A stretch of DNA of 64,000 bases from Acidimicrobiia bacterium. Lineage in GTDB: Bacteria > Actinomycetota > Acidimicrobiia > IMCC26256 > BP-133. Positions 9,627 through 17,947 of the stretch are shown in pieces. Under the pieces are notes generated by a model. It was not told the DNA's origin and did no database searches. It worked only from the letters and a program-made list of their open reading frames with translations. Where the stretch lies: contig JBIOUX010000164.1 of the NCBI GenBank assembly GCA_044867425.1, positions 1,367 through 65,366 of the forward strand, given 5' to 3'. The stretch's first letter is position 1, and every line of letters begins with the position of its first letter. A program made the position numbers and the translations under genes.

Positions 9627-11954
9627 GTGCCCGAACCGCCCGGGAACCCCCTCATCGGTGCACCGGTCCTCCGCCGGGAGGACGGCCGGCTCCTGACCGG
9701 GCGGGGTGAGTACGTGAGCGACATGGTGCTCCCCCGCATGGTCCATGCCGTGTTTGTCCGCAGTCCCTGGCCCTCGGCCTCGGTGGTGGAGGTGGACGGA
9801 ACCGCGGCCGCCGCCTGCCCCGGAGTTGTGGCCGTGGTCGACGGCCGGGATCCCCTCTTCGCCCCGGTGGCCCTCGAGGCCCGCTCCTCGGTTTCGTCCT
9901 ATGACGCCTATCCCCAGCCGGTGCTGGCCCAGCGGGTGCGCTTCGCCGGTGAGGCGGTGGCGGTGGTGGTGGCCGAGTCGCAGGCCCAGGCGGTCGACGG
10001 CGCCGCCGCCGTCGAGGTGGCCTACGAGCCATTGACCGCCGACGTCGACCCGCGGGCCGGCGGCCACGCCTTCCTCCGCCGGACCTTCGAGGCCGGCGAC
10101 GTGGATGGTGCCCTGGCCGGCGCCGCCCTGGTGGTGCGGCGCACCTTCACCACCAACCGCCAGTGCGCCGCGCCCATCGAGGGCCGGGCCACGATGGCCA
10201 GGTGGGACTCGGCGGCCGGCCGGCTGATGGTGTGGACCGGCTCCCAGGCGCCGCACATCACCCGCCATGGCCTCTCCGAGTTCCTGAGCTTGGCCGAGCA
10301 CCGCATCCGGGTGGTGGCCCCGGATGTGGGCGGCGGGTTCGGGCAGAAGGCGGGGCTGTACCCGGAGGACGTGGCCGTCTGCCTGCTGGCCCGCCGGCTC
10401 GGCCGGCCGGTGAAGTGGGTCGAGACCCGCAGCGAGAACCTGGCCGCCGCCGCCCATGCCCGTGACCATCACTACGACGTGGCTGCCGCCTTCGACGCCG
10501 GCGGGGTGCTGGTGGCCATCGACGCCACCATCCACTGCGACACCGGCGCCTACTCGATGTTCCCCTGGACCGCCGCGCTGGAGCCGCTCATGGCCGGCGG
10601 GCTGCTGCCCGGTCCCTACCGGGTGGCCAACTACCGGGCCGAGGTGGTGGCCGCCGCCACCAACAAGGCGCCCGCCGGGCCCTACCGGGGGGTGGCCCGG
10701 CCCGCCACCGTGTTCGTCATGGAGCGCCTCATGGACCTGGCCGCCGCCGGACTCGGCGTGGACCGGGCCGAGGTCCGCCGGCGCAACCTGGTCGGTCCCG
10801 ACGACCTTCCCTACGTGGCCGCCACCCGCCTGGTGCACGACAGTCCCAGCTACCCGGTGGTGCTCGAACGGGTGCTGGAGGCGGTCGACTACGACGGCTT
10901 CGCCAAGGTGCAGGAGGCGGCCCGGGCCGAGGGCCGTCACCTCGGTCTGGGCTTCGCCGTCTACAACGAGTTGACCGGGATGGGCCGGGCCGCCTCGGCC
11001 GGCCCCGGCATCGTCTACCGGACCGGTCACGAGGGGGCCACCGTCCGGGTCGACCCCTCGGGAGGAGTGACGGTGCTGGCCGGGACGACCTCCCAGGGGC
11101 AGGGCACCGAGACCACCCTGGCCCAGGTGGTGGCGGGGGAGCTGGGTGTGGACCTCGACGACGTGGACGTGCGCCAGGGCGACACCGACGCCGCCCTGTT
11201 CGGCTTCGGGGCCTTCGCCAGCCGCCAGGGGGTGATCGGCGCCGGGGCGGTGGCGTCGGCCGCCCGGGAGGTGCGGGACAAGGTGCTCGTCGTCGCCGCC
11301 CACCTCCTGGAGGCGGCACCCGCCGACCTGGACGTGGTGGACGGGGTGGTGGTGGTCCGGGGCACACCCACCCGGGGGGTGCCGGTGGCCGAGGTGGCGC
11401 GGGTCGCCTACCACGAGGCCCACCGGCTCCCGCCCGGGGTGGAAGCGGGGCTGGAGTCGACCCGGTTCTTCGACCCCGAGCAGGGCACGTTCGCCGCCGG
11501 CGCTCTGGCCGTGGTGGTGGAGGTCGACGCCGAGACGGGGGCGGTGGCGGTGCGCCGGGTGGTCTGCGCCGAGGACGCCGGCCGGGCCCTCAACCCGGTG
11601 GTGGTGGAAGGCCAGATCCACGGGGCCGTGGCCCAGGGGCTGGCCGGCGCCCTCTACGAGCATCTGTGCTACGACGGGGACGGCCAGCTGGTGACCGCCA
11701 CCTTCATGGACTACCTGATGCCTTCGGCCGCCGACCTGCCGGCCTACGAGGTCCACCACTGCGACGTCCCCTCGACCACCAACCCCTACGGGGTGCGGGG
11801 GGTGGGGGAGGGTGGGACCCTGGGGCCGGGAGCGGCGGTGGCCAACGCCGTGGCCGACGCCCTCGGCATCGAGGTCAACCACCTGCCGGTCACGCCCGAG
11901 CGGGTGCACCGGTGGCTTGTCGAGCACGAGACAGGAAGAGAGGCGAGCCCATGA
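9627..11954 (+). CDS. Molybdopterin-binding subunit of the xanthine dehydrogenase / aldehyde oxidase / CoxL family
   Basis: 775 aa. The N-terminus GAPVLRREDGRLLTGRGEYVSDM is typical of CoxL-like large subunits. The GTG start lies 4 nt after the SDR stop. Confidence 0.9.
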   Translation: MPEPPGNPLIGAPVLRREDGRLLTGRGEYVSDMVLPRMVHAVFVRSPWPSASVVEVDGTAAAACPGVVAVVDGRDPLFAPVALEARSSVSSYDAYPQPVLAQRVRFAGEAVAVVVAESQAQAVDGAAAVEVAYEPLTADVDPRAGGHAFLRRTFEAGDVDGALAGAALVVRRTFTTNRQCAAPIEGRATMARWDSAAGRLMVWTGSQAPHITRHGLSEFLSLAEHRIRVVAPDVGGGFGQKAGLYPEDVAVCLLARRLGRPVKWVETRSENLAAAAHARDHHYDVAAAFDAGGVLVAIDATIHCDTGAYSMFPWTAALEPLMAGGLLPGPYRVANYRAEVVAAATNKAPAGPYRGVARPATVFVMERLMDLAAAGLGVDRAEVRRRNLVGPDDLPYVAATRLVHDSPSYPVVLERVLEAVDYDGFAKVQEAARAEGRHLGLGFAVYNELTGMGRAASAGPGIVYRTGHEGATVRVDPSGGVTVLAGTTSQGQGTETTLAQVVAGELGVDLDDVDVRQGDTDAALFGFGAFASRQGVIGAGAVASAAREVRDKVLVVAAHLLEAAPADLDVVDGVVVVRGTPTRGVPVAEVARVAYHEAHRLPPGVEAGLESTRFFDPEQGTFAAGALAVVVEVDAETGAVAVRRVVCAEDAGRALNPVVVEGQIHGAVAQGLAGALYEHLCYDGDGQLVTATFMDYLMPSAADLPAYEVHHCDVPSTTNPYGVRGVGEGGTLGPGAAVANAVADALGIEVNHLPVTPERVHRWLVEHETGREASP

Positions 11955-12748
11955 AGGTCGGCCGGCTGGAGGTCGTGCCGCTGCCGGATGGCGGGGCCCG
12001 CCTGCCCGCCGGCCAGCTGCTGCGCTTCACCGGTTCCCGGGACGACCCCTGGGGACCGCACCAGGGCCTCCTCGAGCCCGACGGGAGCCTCGAGTTGGCC
12101 ATGGGCGGCTTCCTGGTGCGCACCGGCGACCGGGTCGTGCTGATCGACACCGGGGTGGGCCGCATCGACAACGGCGTCTACTGGGGCGGGCGCTTCCTGG
12201 AGTCGCTGGCCGCCGCCGGCGTCACTCCGCCCGAGGTGACCGACGTGGTCCTCACCCACCTCCACTTCGACCATGTGGGATGGGCCACCCAGCAGGGGAC
12301 GGTGGTCTTCGAGCGGGCCACCTACCGCTGCCACCCCGCCGACTGGGATCATTTCGTGTCCGGTCCCAATCCCGAGGCGGGCGCGGTGCGCAAGCTGTCT
12401 CCCATCGCCGGGCGCCTGGAGCCCTTCGCCGGTGACACCGAGGTGGCTCCGGGCGTGAGTGTCCGCCACGCGCCCGGCCACACCCCCGGCTCGGCCGTGG
12501 TCGTCATCTCCGACGGGGACTACCGGGCCGTGCTCCTGGGCGACGCCGTCCACTGTCCGGTGGAGCTGGTGGAGGACGACTGGGAGGCGGTCATGGACGT
12601 GGACCCGGCCCTGGCCGCCCGCACCCGGGAGGCCCTGGCCCGGGAGCTGGAAGGCACCGACGTGCCCGTGGTCGCGGCCCACTTCCCCGGGCTGCGCTTC
12701 GGCCGCCTGCTGCCGGGCAAGGGCCGGCGCCGGTGGGTGTTCTCGTGA
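11951..12748 (+). CDS. MBL-fold metallo-hydrolase
   Basis: The ATG at 11951 overlaps the upstream stop (ATGA). The HxHxDH motif is present as LTHLHFDHVGW. Confidence 0.85.
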   Translation: MKVGRLEVVPLPDGGARLPAGQLLRFTGSRDDPWGPHQGLLEPDGSLELAMGGFLVRTGDRVVLIDTGVGRIDNGVYWGGRFLESLAAAGVTPPEVTDVVLTHLHFDHVGWATQQGTVVFERATYRCHPADWDHFVSGPNPEAGAVRKLSPIAGRLEPFAGDTEVAPGVSVRHAPGHTPGSAVVVISDGDYRAVLLGDAVHCPVELVEDDWEAVMDVDPALAARTREALARELEGTDVPVVAAHFPGLRFGRLLPGKGRRRWVFS

Positions 12749-12769
12749 GCGCGGCGAATCGGCCCTGGC

Positions 12770-12787
12770 CGAATGAGCGCTCGTTCA
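12770..12787. promoter_or_regulatory. Operator-like motif CGAATGAGCGCTCGTTCA (variant half-site)
   Basis: It ends 19 bp (12788-12806) upstream of the MaoC-like gene start. It contains TGAGCG-CT-CGTTCA, which matches the 16938 palindrome at 5 of 6 positions per half. Confidence 0.4.
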
Positions 12788-12806
12788 GCTACCATCGGGC
12801 CGGCTC

Positions 12807-13580
12807 ATGAACCCGCCACTGACCCCCTTGGAGATCCTCCGCCAGCCGGCCCTGACCGTCGAGGCGCCCCTGCAGCTGTCCGGGGCCTGGTTCAACGAGC
12901 TGTGCCTGTGGTTGCAGTGCCGGATCGGCGCCCTGGGCGCCATCGGATGGCCCATGGTGCTCATTCCCGAGGTGATCGACCGTCGCTTCCGGGCCTGGGA
13001 GGACGCGCTCCAGATCTATCTGCGGGCGACCTGGTCGGCTCCCGTCCCCAGCGAGCCCTTCACCGTAGGAGCGGAAGTGGCCTGGGTGTCGTCCAAGGAA
13101 GGCTCCCTGGAAGTCGGGGTGCGCAGCCGGGCGGTCGCCGACACCGGCAAAGAGCTGGCCACCAGTCTCCTGGTGATGCGCACCCGGGGCGACGCCGGCT
13201 CGTGGGGGGAGCGGGACGTCCCCGCCGTCCCCGACGTGGGGACGCTGTCACGCCGGCGCTCGCTGGTCATCGACGAGGGCCAGGTGCGCACCTTCGCCGA
13301 GCTGGCCGGGACCCGCTATCCGATGCACACCGACATCCACTACGCCTGGGAGCGGGGCTTCCCCAACATCCTGGTGCAGGGCCACGTCCTGGCCATCACC
13401 CAGCTGCACTTCGCCGGTGTGGGCCCGTCAGGGCGGGCCGAGACGTGGTTCCGCCGCCCGGTCCCGGCCGCCAGCCTGCTCGAGGTGTGCCGCTCGCAGG
13501 AGGACGAGTCCGTGTGGGCCTTCCGGCAGGTGAGCACGGGCGAGGTCGCCGCCGTCACCCGGATCACCTCCGGCCCCTGA
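12807..13580 (+). CDS. MaoC-like (R)-hydratase, probable double hot-dog protein
   Basis: 257 aa. The C-terminal half (RTFAELAGTRYPMHTDIHYAWERGFPNILVQGHVL) matches the MaoC dehydratase signature. Confidence 0.75.
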   Translation: MNPPLTPLEILRQPALTVEAPLQLSGAWFNELCLWLQCRIGALGAIGWPMVLIPEVIDRRFRAWEDALQIYLRATWSAPVPSEPFTVGAEVAWVSSKEGSLEVGVRSRAVADTGKELATSLLVMRTRGDAGSWGERDVPAVPDVGTLSRRRSLVIDEGQVRTFAELAGTRYPMHTDIHYAWERGFPNILVQGHVLAITQLHFAGVGPSGRAETWFRRPVPAASLLEVCRSQEDESVWAFRQVSTGEVAAVTRITSGP

Positions 13581-13600
13581 CCCCAGCCTCCCCGAGGGGC

Positions 13601-13628
13601 ACCACCTGACGAAGGTGGTCGCGTTTTA
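13601..13628 (+). terminator. Putative intrinsic terminator after the MaoC-like gene
   Basis: The stem pairs ACCACCT (13601-13607) with AGGTGGT (13613-13619) around the loop GACGA, followed by CGCGTTTTA. It sits between convergent genes. Confidence 0.4.
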
Positions 13629-13677
13629 CCCCGTGACAGGGGGTCAGGCGCAACCACCTTGGCGAGCAGCGCACACC

Positions 13678-14982
13678 TCAGGTGAGGTCGGAGGCCGGGG
13701 GCACGTCGACGGAGAACCAGTCGACATCGCCGGCCGGGGCGAGGGCGGCGCCGGCGGCGACGGCGGGGGACAGGCCCGAGGCCCGGTCGGGAGTGTTGTC
13801 CGGCTCGCCGCCGGCGGCGATGGGATCGAGGGACGGGGGCGTGGGCCGGGGTCCGCCCAGGGCGCCCAGGGCGTCGACGATCCCGTAGCCGAAGAGGTCG
13901 TCCCGGCCGATCAGGCCGGCGTCGCGGGCGCCGGCCTGCAGGCGCCGGGCGATGGTCGGGGCGTCATCGTCGGGGAAGCGGGCCCGGGCCAGCATGGCCA
14001 CCCCCGACACCAGGGGAGCGGCGAACGACGTCCCCTCCACCTTCCGGTAGGTGCCGTCGGCCCAGCCGGCCAGGACGTCCACGCCCGGGGCGGCGAGGTC
14101 GATCCAGGACCCGTAGTTGGAGAACGGGGCCAGGTCCCCATCGGGGGTCACGGCGGAGACGGCGAGCACCCCGTCGTAGGCCGCCGGGTACATCTTGGCC
14201 GAGCTGTGGTCGTTACCGGCGGCGGCGATGTCGGAGTCGCGCCCCGTCCCCCGGGAGTCGAGGACCTTGACGGGGAGGACCTTGCCCCGCCAGGCGATGC
14301 CGGCCATGCCGGCGCCGTTGTCGCCCGTGGCGGCGGCCACGGTCGCCACCTGGGTGCCATGGCCGTAGAAGTCGTCGGGGTCGTTGTCGTCGTTGGCCAC
14401 GTCGCGGCCGGGCAGCACCCGGCCGGCGAGCTCGGGATGGTCCAGGGTGACGCCGCTGTCGACTACGGCCAGGATCTGATCGTCGGCGCCGGTGGTCAGG
14501 TCCCAGGCGTCGGGGAGGTGGAGGGCCTCCAGATAGGCGGCCTGGTTGGCCACGTAGTGGGGATCGGAGGGGACGGCGGCCGCCCGGCGGAGGTAGTTGG
14601 GCTCGGCGCTCGCCACCCGGGGATCGGCGGCCAGCCCCCGGAGCACTGCGGTGGCCGCGCCCGGGGCGGTGGCCACGACGGCGAAGCCCGTTCCGTGCAC
14701 CGTCTCCTCGAGGCGGGCTCCGTGGCCGGCGGCGACGTCCCGGGCGCCGGCGGTGGAAAGGGGGGCGCGGAAGCGCACCAGCAGCGAGGACCCGTCCGCC
14801 GGGTCGGAGACCAGGGCCGGCGCCGGCAGGGTGACGTTCGCCCCGGCGGTGGGCGCGGCGAGGGACGGCGCGGCGAGGGCCAGCACCGCCACGGCCGGCG
14901 TCAACCGGCGCGACCAACCGCGGGACAAGGGGAGGGGGCACCTCTTTCGAGCGTCCAGGTTCCGGATCCGAACCTTCGACAT
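13678..14982 (-). CDS. Secreted subtilisin-family (S8) serine peptidase
   Basis: The catalytic triad motifs VVDSGV, HGTQVA and GTSFAAP are present. The start was chosen at MSKVRIRNL... (codon 14980-14982), ahead of the signal peptide LTPAVAVLALAAPSLAA. The longer ORF-track start would overlap the rhomboid gene. Confidence 0.85.
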   Translation of the reverse strand: MSKVRIRNLDARKRCPLPLSRGWSRRLTPAVAVLALAAPSLAAPTAGANVTLPAPALVSDPADGSSLLVRFRAPLSTAGARDVAAGHGARLEETVHGTGFAVVATAPGAATAVLRGLAADPRVASAEPNYLRRAAAVPSDPHYVANQAAYLEALHLPDAWDLTTGADDQILAVVDSGVTLDHPELAGRVLPGRDVANDDNDPDDFYGHGTQVATVAAATGDNGAGMAGIAWRGKVLPVKVLDSRGTGRDSDIAAAGNDHSSAKMYPAAYDGVLAVSAVTPDGDLAPFSNYGSWIDLAAPGVDVLAGWADGTYRKVEGTSFAAPLVSGVAMLARARFPDDDAPTIARRLQAGARDAGLIGRDDLFGYGIVDALGALGGPRPTPPSLDPIAAGGEPDNTPDRASGLSPAVAAGAALAPAGDVDWFSVDVPPASDLT

Positions 14983-15004
14983 CAGGTGCGGCAGTTCCCC
15001 TGCA

Positions 15005-15907
15005 ATGGGACCAACGTCGCGGAATGCGTCACCCCCGGATCGGACGGGCGAACCTGCCGGTGCACCGCCGGCCCGTATATTCGAACCCATCGAAACGACG
15101 ACGTGTTTCCACCACCGCGACCGGGAGACCGGCCGGTCGTGCACCCGCTGCGGGCGCCCGGCCTGCGCCGACTGCCTCCACGACGCGCCGGTGGGCTCCC
15201 ACTGCTGGGAGTGCATCCGGGCTGCCCGCCCTCCCGTGGCGGAGCGGGCCCGGCGCTGGAACGCCACCGCCGGCGCCCTGGTGACCAGGGTCATCATCAC
15301 CATCAACATCGGCGTGTTCCTGCTCACCGCCCTGACCGGCGGCGCCCTGGGGCGGGGTGGCAATCTGCAGCTGCGTCTGGCGCTCTTCGCCCCGGCGGTG
15401 AAGGCGGGCGAGTGGTACCGGCTCATCACCTCCGGCTTCGTCCACTACGGCATCCTCCACATCGCCTTCAACATGGTGATCCTGGCCCGGTTCGGCCAGA
15501 TGCTGGAGCCGGCCCTGGGCCGGGCCCGCATGGCCGCCCTCTACCTGGCCGCGCTGCTCACCGGGTCCTTGGGCGTCATGCTGATGGAGCCCAACGGCGT
15601 GACCGCCGGCGCCTCCGGAGCCGTCTTCGGCCTGGTGGGCGCGGCCGCCGTCGGCCTGCGCCAGCGGGGCATCAACGTGTGGCAGTCCGGGATCGGGCCG
15701 CTCCTGGCCATCAACCTGGTCTTCACCTTCGCCATCCCCGGGATCTCCATCGGCGGCCACCTGGGCGGCCTGATCGGCGGCGCCCTGGTGGGCGGGGTGA
15801 TGCTCCGCTCACCGACCGAGCCCCGCCCCGTGCTGGAAGGCCTGCTGTTCGCCGGCGCCGTCTCCGCCATCGCCTTCGCCGGCGCCCTGTGGGCCGCCGG
15901 CCGCTGA
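15005..15907 (+). CDS. Rhomboid-family intramembrane serine protease with N-terminal zinc-ribbon
   Basis: CxxC...CxxC is present as CTRCGRPACADCLHDAPVGSHCWEC. The catalytic motifs GASGAVFGL and HLGGLIGG are present. The start at the ATG 15005 is approximate. Confidence 0.85.
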   Translation: MGPTSRNASPPDRTGEPAGAPPARIFEPIETTTCFHHRDRETGRSCTRCGRPACADCLHDAPVGSHCWECIRAARPPVAERARRWNATAGALVTRVIITINIGVFLLTALTGGALGRGGNLQLRLALFAPAVKAGEWYRLITSGFVHYGILHIAFNMVILARFGQMLEPALGRARMAALYLAALLTGSLGVMLMEPNGVTAGASGAVFGLVGAAAVGLRQRGINVWQSGIGPLLAINLVFTFAIPGISIGGHLGGLIGGALVGGVMLRSPTEPRPVLEGLLFAGAVSAIAFAGALWAAGR

Positions 15908-16116
15908 CCCCGGACCGGAAGAGCCCTCGGACGCGGAAAAGACGCAATGAACAACGGCGTGTGAGTCGGGCGGGGGTCGTGTGTTGGCTGTTGCGCAGCC
16001 GGGGAATTCGTACGTCCCACGTACAAATTGCCCGTAACGACGGCGCAGCGTGCCGGGGCACCTGGGGCGGCCACTCCCCGCCTCCCTCCGATGCGTCTTT
16101 GTTTCTGCCGTTCCGC

Positions 16117-16884
16117 TTACTGCCGGTGGAGGAAGCGGGCCAACGCTTCGCGGTGGGCGGCGGTGCGGCCCAGGGCGGTGATGGCGGCCCGCTCCTCCTC
16201 CAGATGGGCCTCGAAGGTCGACGTCTCGGAGACGTCGAGCAGCCGTTTGGCGGCTGCGGCCACCTCCCCGGGCCAGTCGCCCAGCTTGGCGGCCAGGGCG
16301 ACGGCCGTGTCGAGCACCCGGTCGTCGTCCACCACCTCGTCCACCAGGCCGCAGGCCAGGGCCTCCTCGGCCCCCACATCGTCGTTCCGCAGGACCATCC
16401 GCACCGCCTGCTGGCGGCCCACCACCCGGGGGAGGAGCCAGGTCAGGCCGCCATCCGGCGTGAGGCCGGCCGTCAGGTAGGCCACCCGGAAGAAGGCGCT
16501 GCGGGCCGCCACCCGCAGATCGGCGCCCAGGGCCAGGCTGAGGCCACCGCCGGCCGCCACCCCGTTGACGGCCGCCACCACCGGCTTGGGCATCCGCCGC
16601 AGCTCGATCATGGCGGCGTGGAACGGCTTGGTGAGCTGGCGCATGGGCTCGCCACTGTCGGGCCCGGCGTAGCCCGCCATCCAGCGCAGGTCACCGCCGG
16701 CGCAGAAGGCCCGCCCCCGGCCGGTGAGGACGACGGCCCGCACCTCGGGGTCGCGCCCCACCCCTTCGATGGCGGCCAGGAGGTCGGTGATGTGGCGGTC
16801 ATCGAGGACGCACAGCGCCTCGGGGCGGCCCAGCCGGACCAGGGCCACCGACTTCTCGTGCCGCTCGACTTCAACCAGGCTCAT
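16117..16884 (-). CDS. Enoyl-CoA hydratase/isomerase (crotonase family)
   Basis: The internal start MSLVEVERHEKSVALVRLGRPEA is followed by FCAGGDL and AAVNGVAAGGG. The 638-aa ORF-track entry is an upstream read-through artefact. Confidence 0.9.
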   Translation of the reverse strand: MSLVEVERHEKSVALVRLGRPEALCVLDDRHITDLLAAIEGVGRDPEVRAVVLTGRGRAFCAGGDLRWMAGYAGPDSGEPMRQLTKPFHAAMIELRRMPKPVVAAVNGVAAGGGLSLALGADLRVAARSAFFRVAYLTAGLTPDGGLTWLLPRVVGRQQAVRMVLRNDDVGAEEALACGLVDEVVDDDRVLDTAVALAAKLGDWPGEVAAAAKRLLDVSETSTFEAHLEEERAAITALGRTAAHREALARFLHRQ

Positions 16885-16937
16885 GAGACCACGGTACTGG
16901 AGACCCGGCTTGACACGAGGGCCGTTGGATCGCAGAC

Positions 16938-16951
16938 TGAACGTTCGTTCA
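16938..16951. promoter_or_regulatory. Perfect 6-2-6 palindrome TGAACG-TT-CGTTCA
   Basis: It lies in the divergent region between the enoyl-CoA hydratase gene (-) and the DHSWG-motif protein gene (+). Confidence 0.45.
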
Positions 16952-16974
16952 ACGAACACCGGGAGGCCTTCACC

Positions 16975-17937
16975 ATGACCAGCACCTACCAGGAGAAGGA
17001 CGAGCTGTGCCACGAGGCGGAAGCCGGTGACGCCTGGTGGCAGGAGAGCGTCGTCCTCACCTTCTGGGACGAGCAGGCCGGGCTCGGCGCCTTGTTCCGT
17101 CTCGGCCACGAGGTGGGCCAGGGCACGTCGACGGTGTGGCTGGGGGCGGTGACGGAGGCCGGCGACCGGTACCGGTGCTACCGGGAGGCGCTGCCGCTCG
17201 AGGACTCCGATCGCACGGGAGACGGTGTCCGGACGGAGGCCGGCGGGGTGGCCGCTCAGCTCGAGGATGGCCGGCTCCGCTGGCGGGTCAGCCAGCCGGA
17301 GTTCGAATGCGACCTGGCCGTCACCGATTTCTATCCCATGACCAACCTGTGGCAGCTCGGGGCCGAGACCAGCCTGGCCAAGGAGTTCGCCCCCGAGCAC
17401 TGGGAGGCGTCGGGCCGGGTCGCCGGCACGGTCCGCCTCGGCGACCGCCGCTACGACATCGACGGGCTCCATCACCGGGACCACTCCTGGGGCACCCGGC
17501 GCTGGAACACCATCCGCAGCCACCGGTGGGTGGCCGGGACGGCCGGCCCCGACCTGTCGTTCATGGCCCTGTCCTGGCTGGCCAACGACGGCAGCCTGGT
17601 CACCGAGGGCTACGTCAACCGGGACGGGAGGACCGAGAAGGCCCGGGCCCTCGACGTCCTGGCCTACGTGGAGATCGATGGCCTGTCGTGCCGGGGCGGG
17701 CGGGTCCGGATGGAGCTGGAAGACGGCTCCGAGGTGGCCTTCGAGGCCGAGGGGGTGGACGGGCTCCTCACGCTGCACCGCAACGTCGCCTGCGTCGACA
17801 CCATCAGCCGCGTGCGACTGGCCGACGGCCGGACCGGCTTCTGCGACTTCGAGACCACCCACAACAGCCGCGACGGGTCGGCGCCCGTCACCGTCATGGT
17901 GGGCGCCGTCATGGACGACGGGCTCACGACCCGCTAG
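16975..17937 (+). CDS. Conserved hypothetical protein (DHSWG motif), paralogue of 22715-23623
   Basis: 320 aa starting MTSTYQEKDE, the last part of an artefactual 1440-aa ORF. It shares the WQES, H(W/Y)E(A/S)xGRVAGTV, DHSWG(T/P)R and HRW motifs with the 22715-23623 protein. Confidence 0.7.
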   Translation: MTSTYQEKDELCHEAEAGDAWWQESVVLTFWDEQAGLGALFRLGHEVGQGTSTVWLGAVTEAGDRYRCYREALPLEDSDRTGDGVRTEAGGVAAQLEDGRLRWRVSQPEFECDLAVTDFYPMTNLWQLGAETSLAKEFAPEHWEASGRVAGTVRLGDRRYDIDGLHHRDHSWGTRRWNTIRSHRWVAGTAGPDLSFMALSWLANDGSLVTEGYVNRDGRTEKARALDVLAYVEIDGLSCRGGRVRMELEDGSEVAFEAEGVDGLLTLHRNVACVDTISRVRLADGRTGFCDFETTHNSRDGSAPVTVMVGAVMDDGLTTR

Positions 17938-17947
17938 TCGTAAGGGC

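Noticed and set aside
9597-11927. 776-aa - strand ORF.
   Set aside because: It is antisense to the CoxL-like molybdenum hydroxylase gene and has junk composition.
16931-16955. KstR or KstR2 steroid-regulon operator.
   Set aside because: I tested the TnnAACnnGTTnnA and AnCAAGnnCTTGnT patterns against this and the other palindromes. The spacing of the AAC/GTT half-sites does not fit.
13615-17937. 1440-aa ORF on the + strand.
   Set aside because: Most of it is antisense to the S8 peptidase and enoyl-CoA hydratase genes or out of frame with the rhomboid gene, and has Gly/Arg/Pro-rich junk composition. Only the last 320 codons (16975-17937) look like a real protein with a paralogue.
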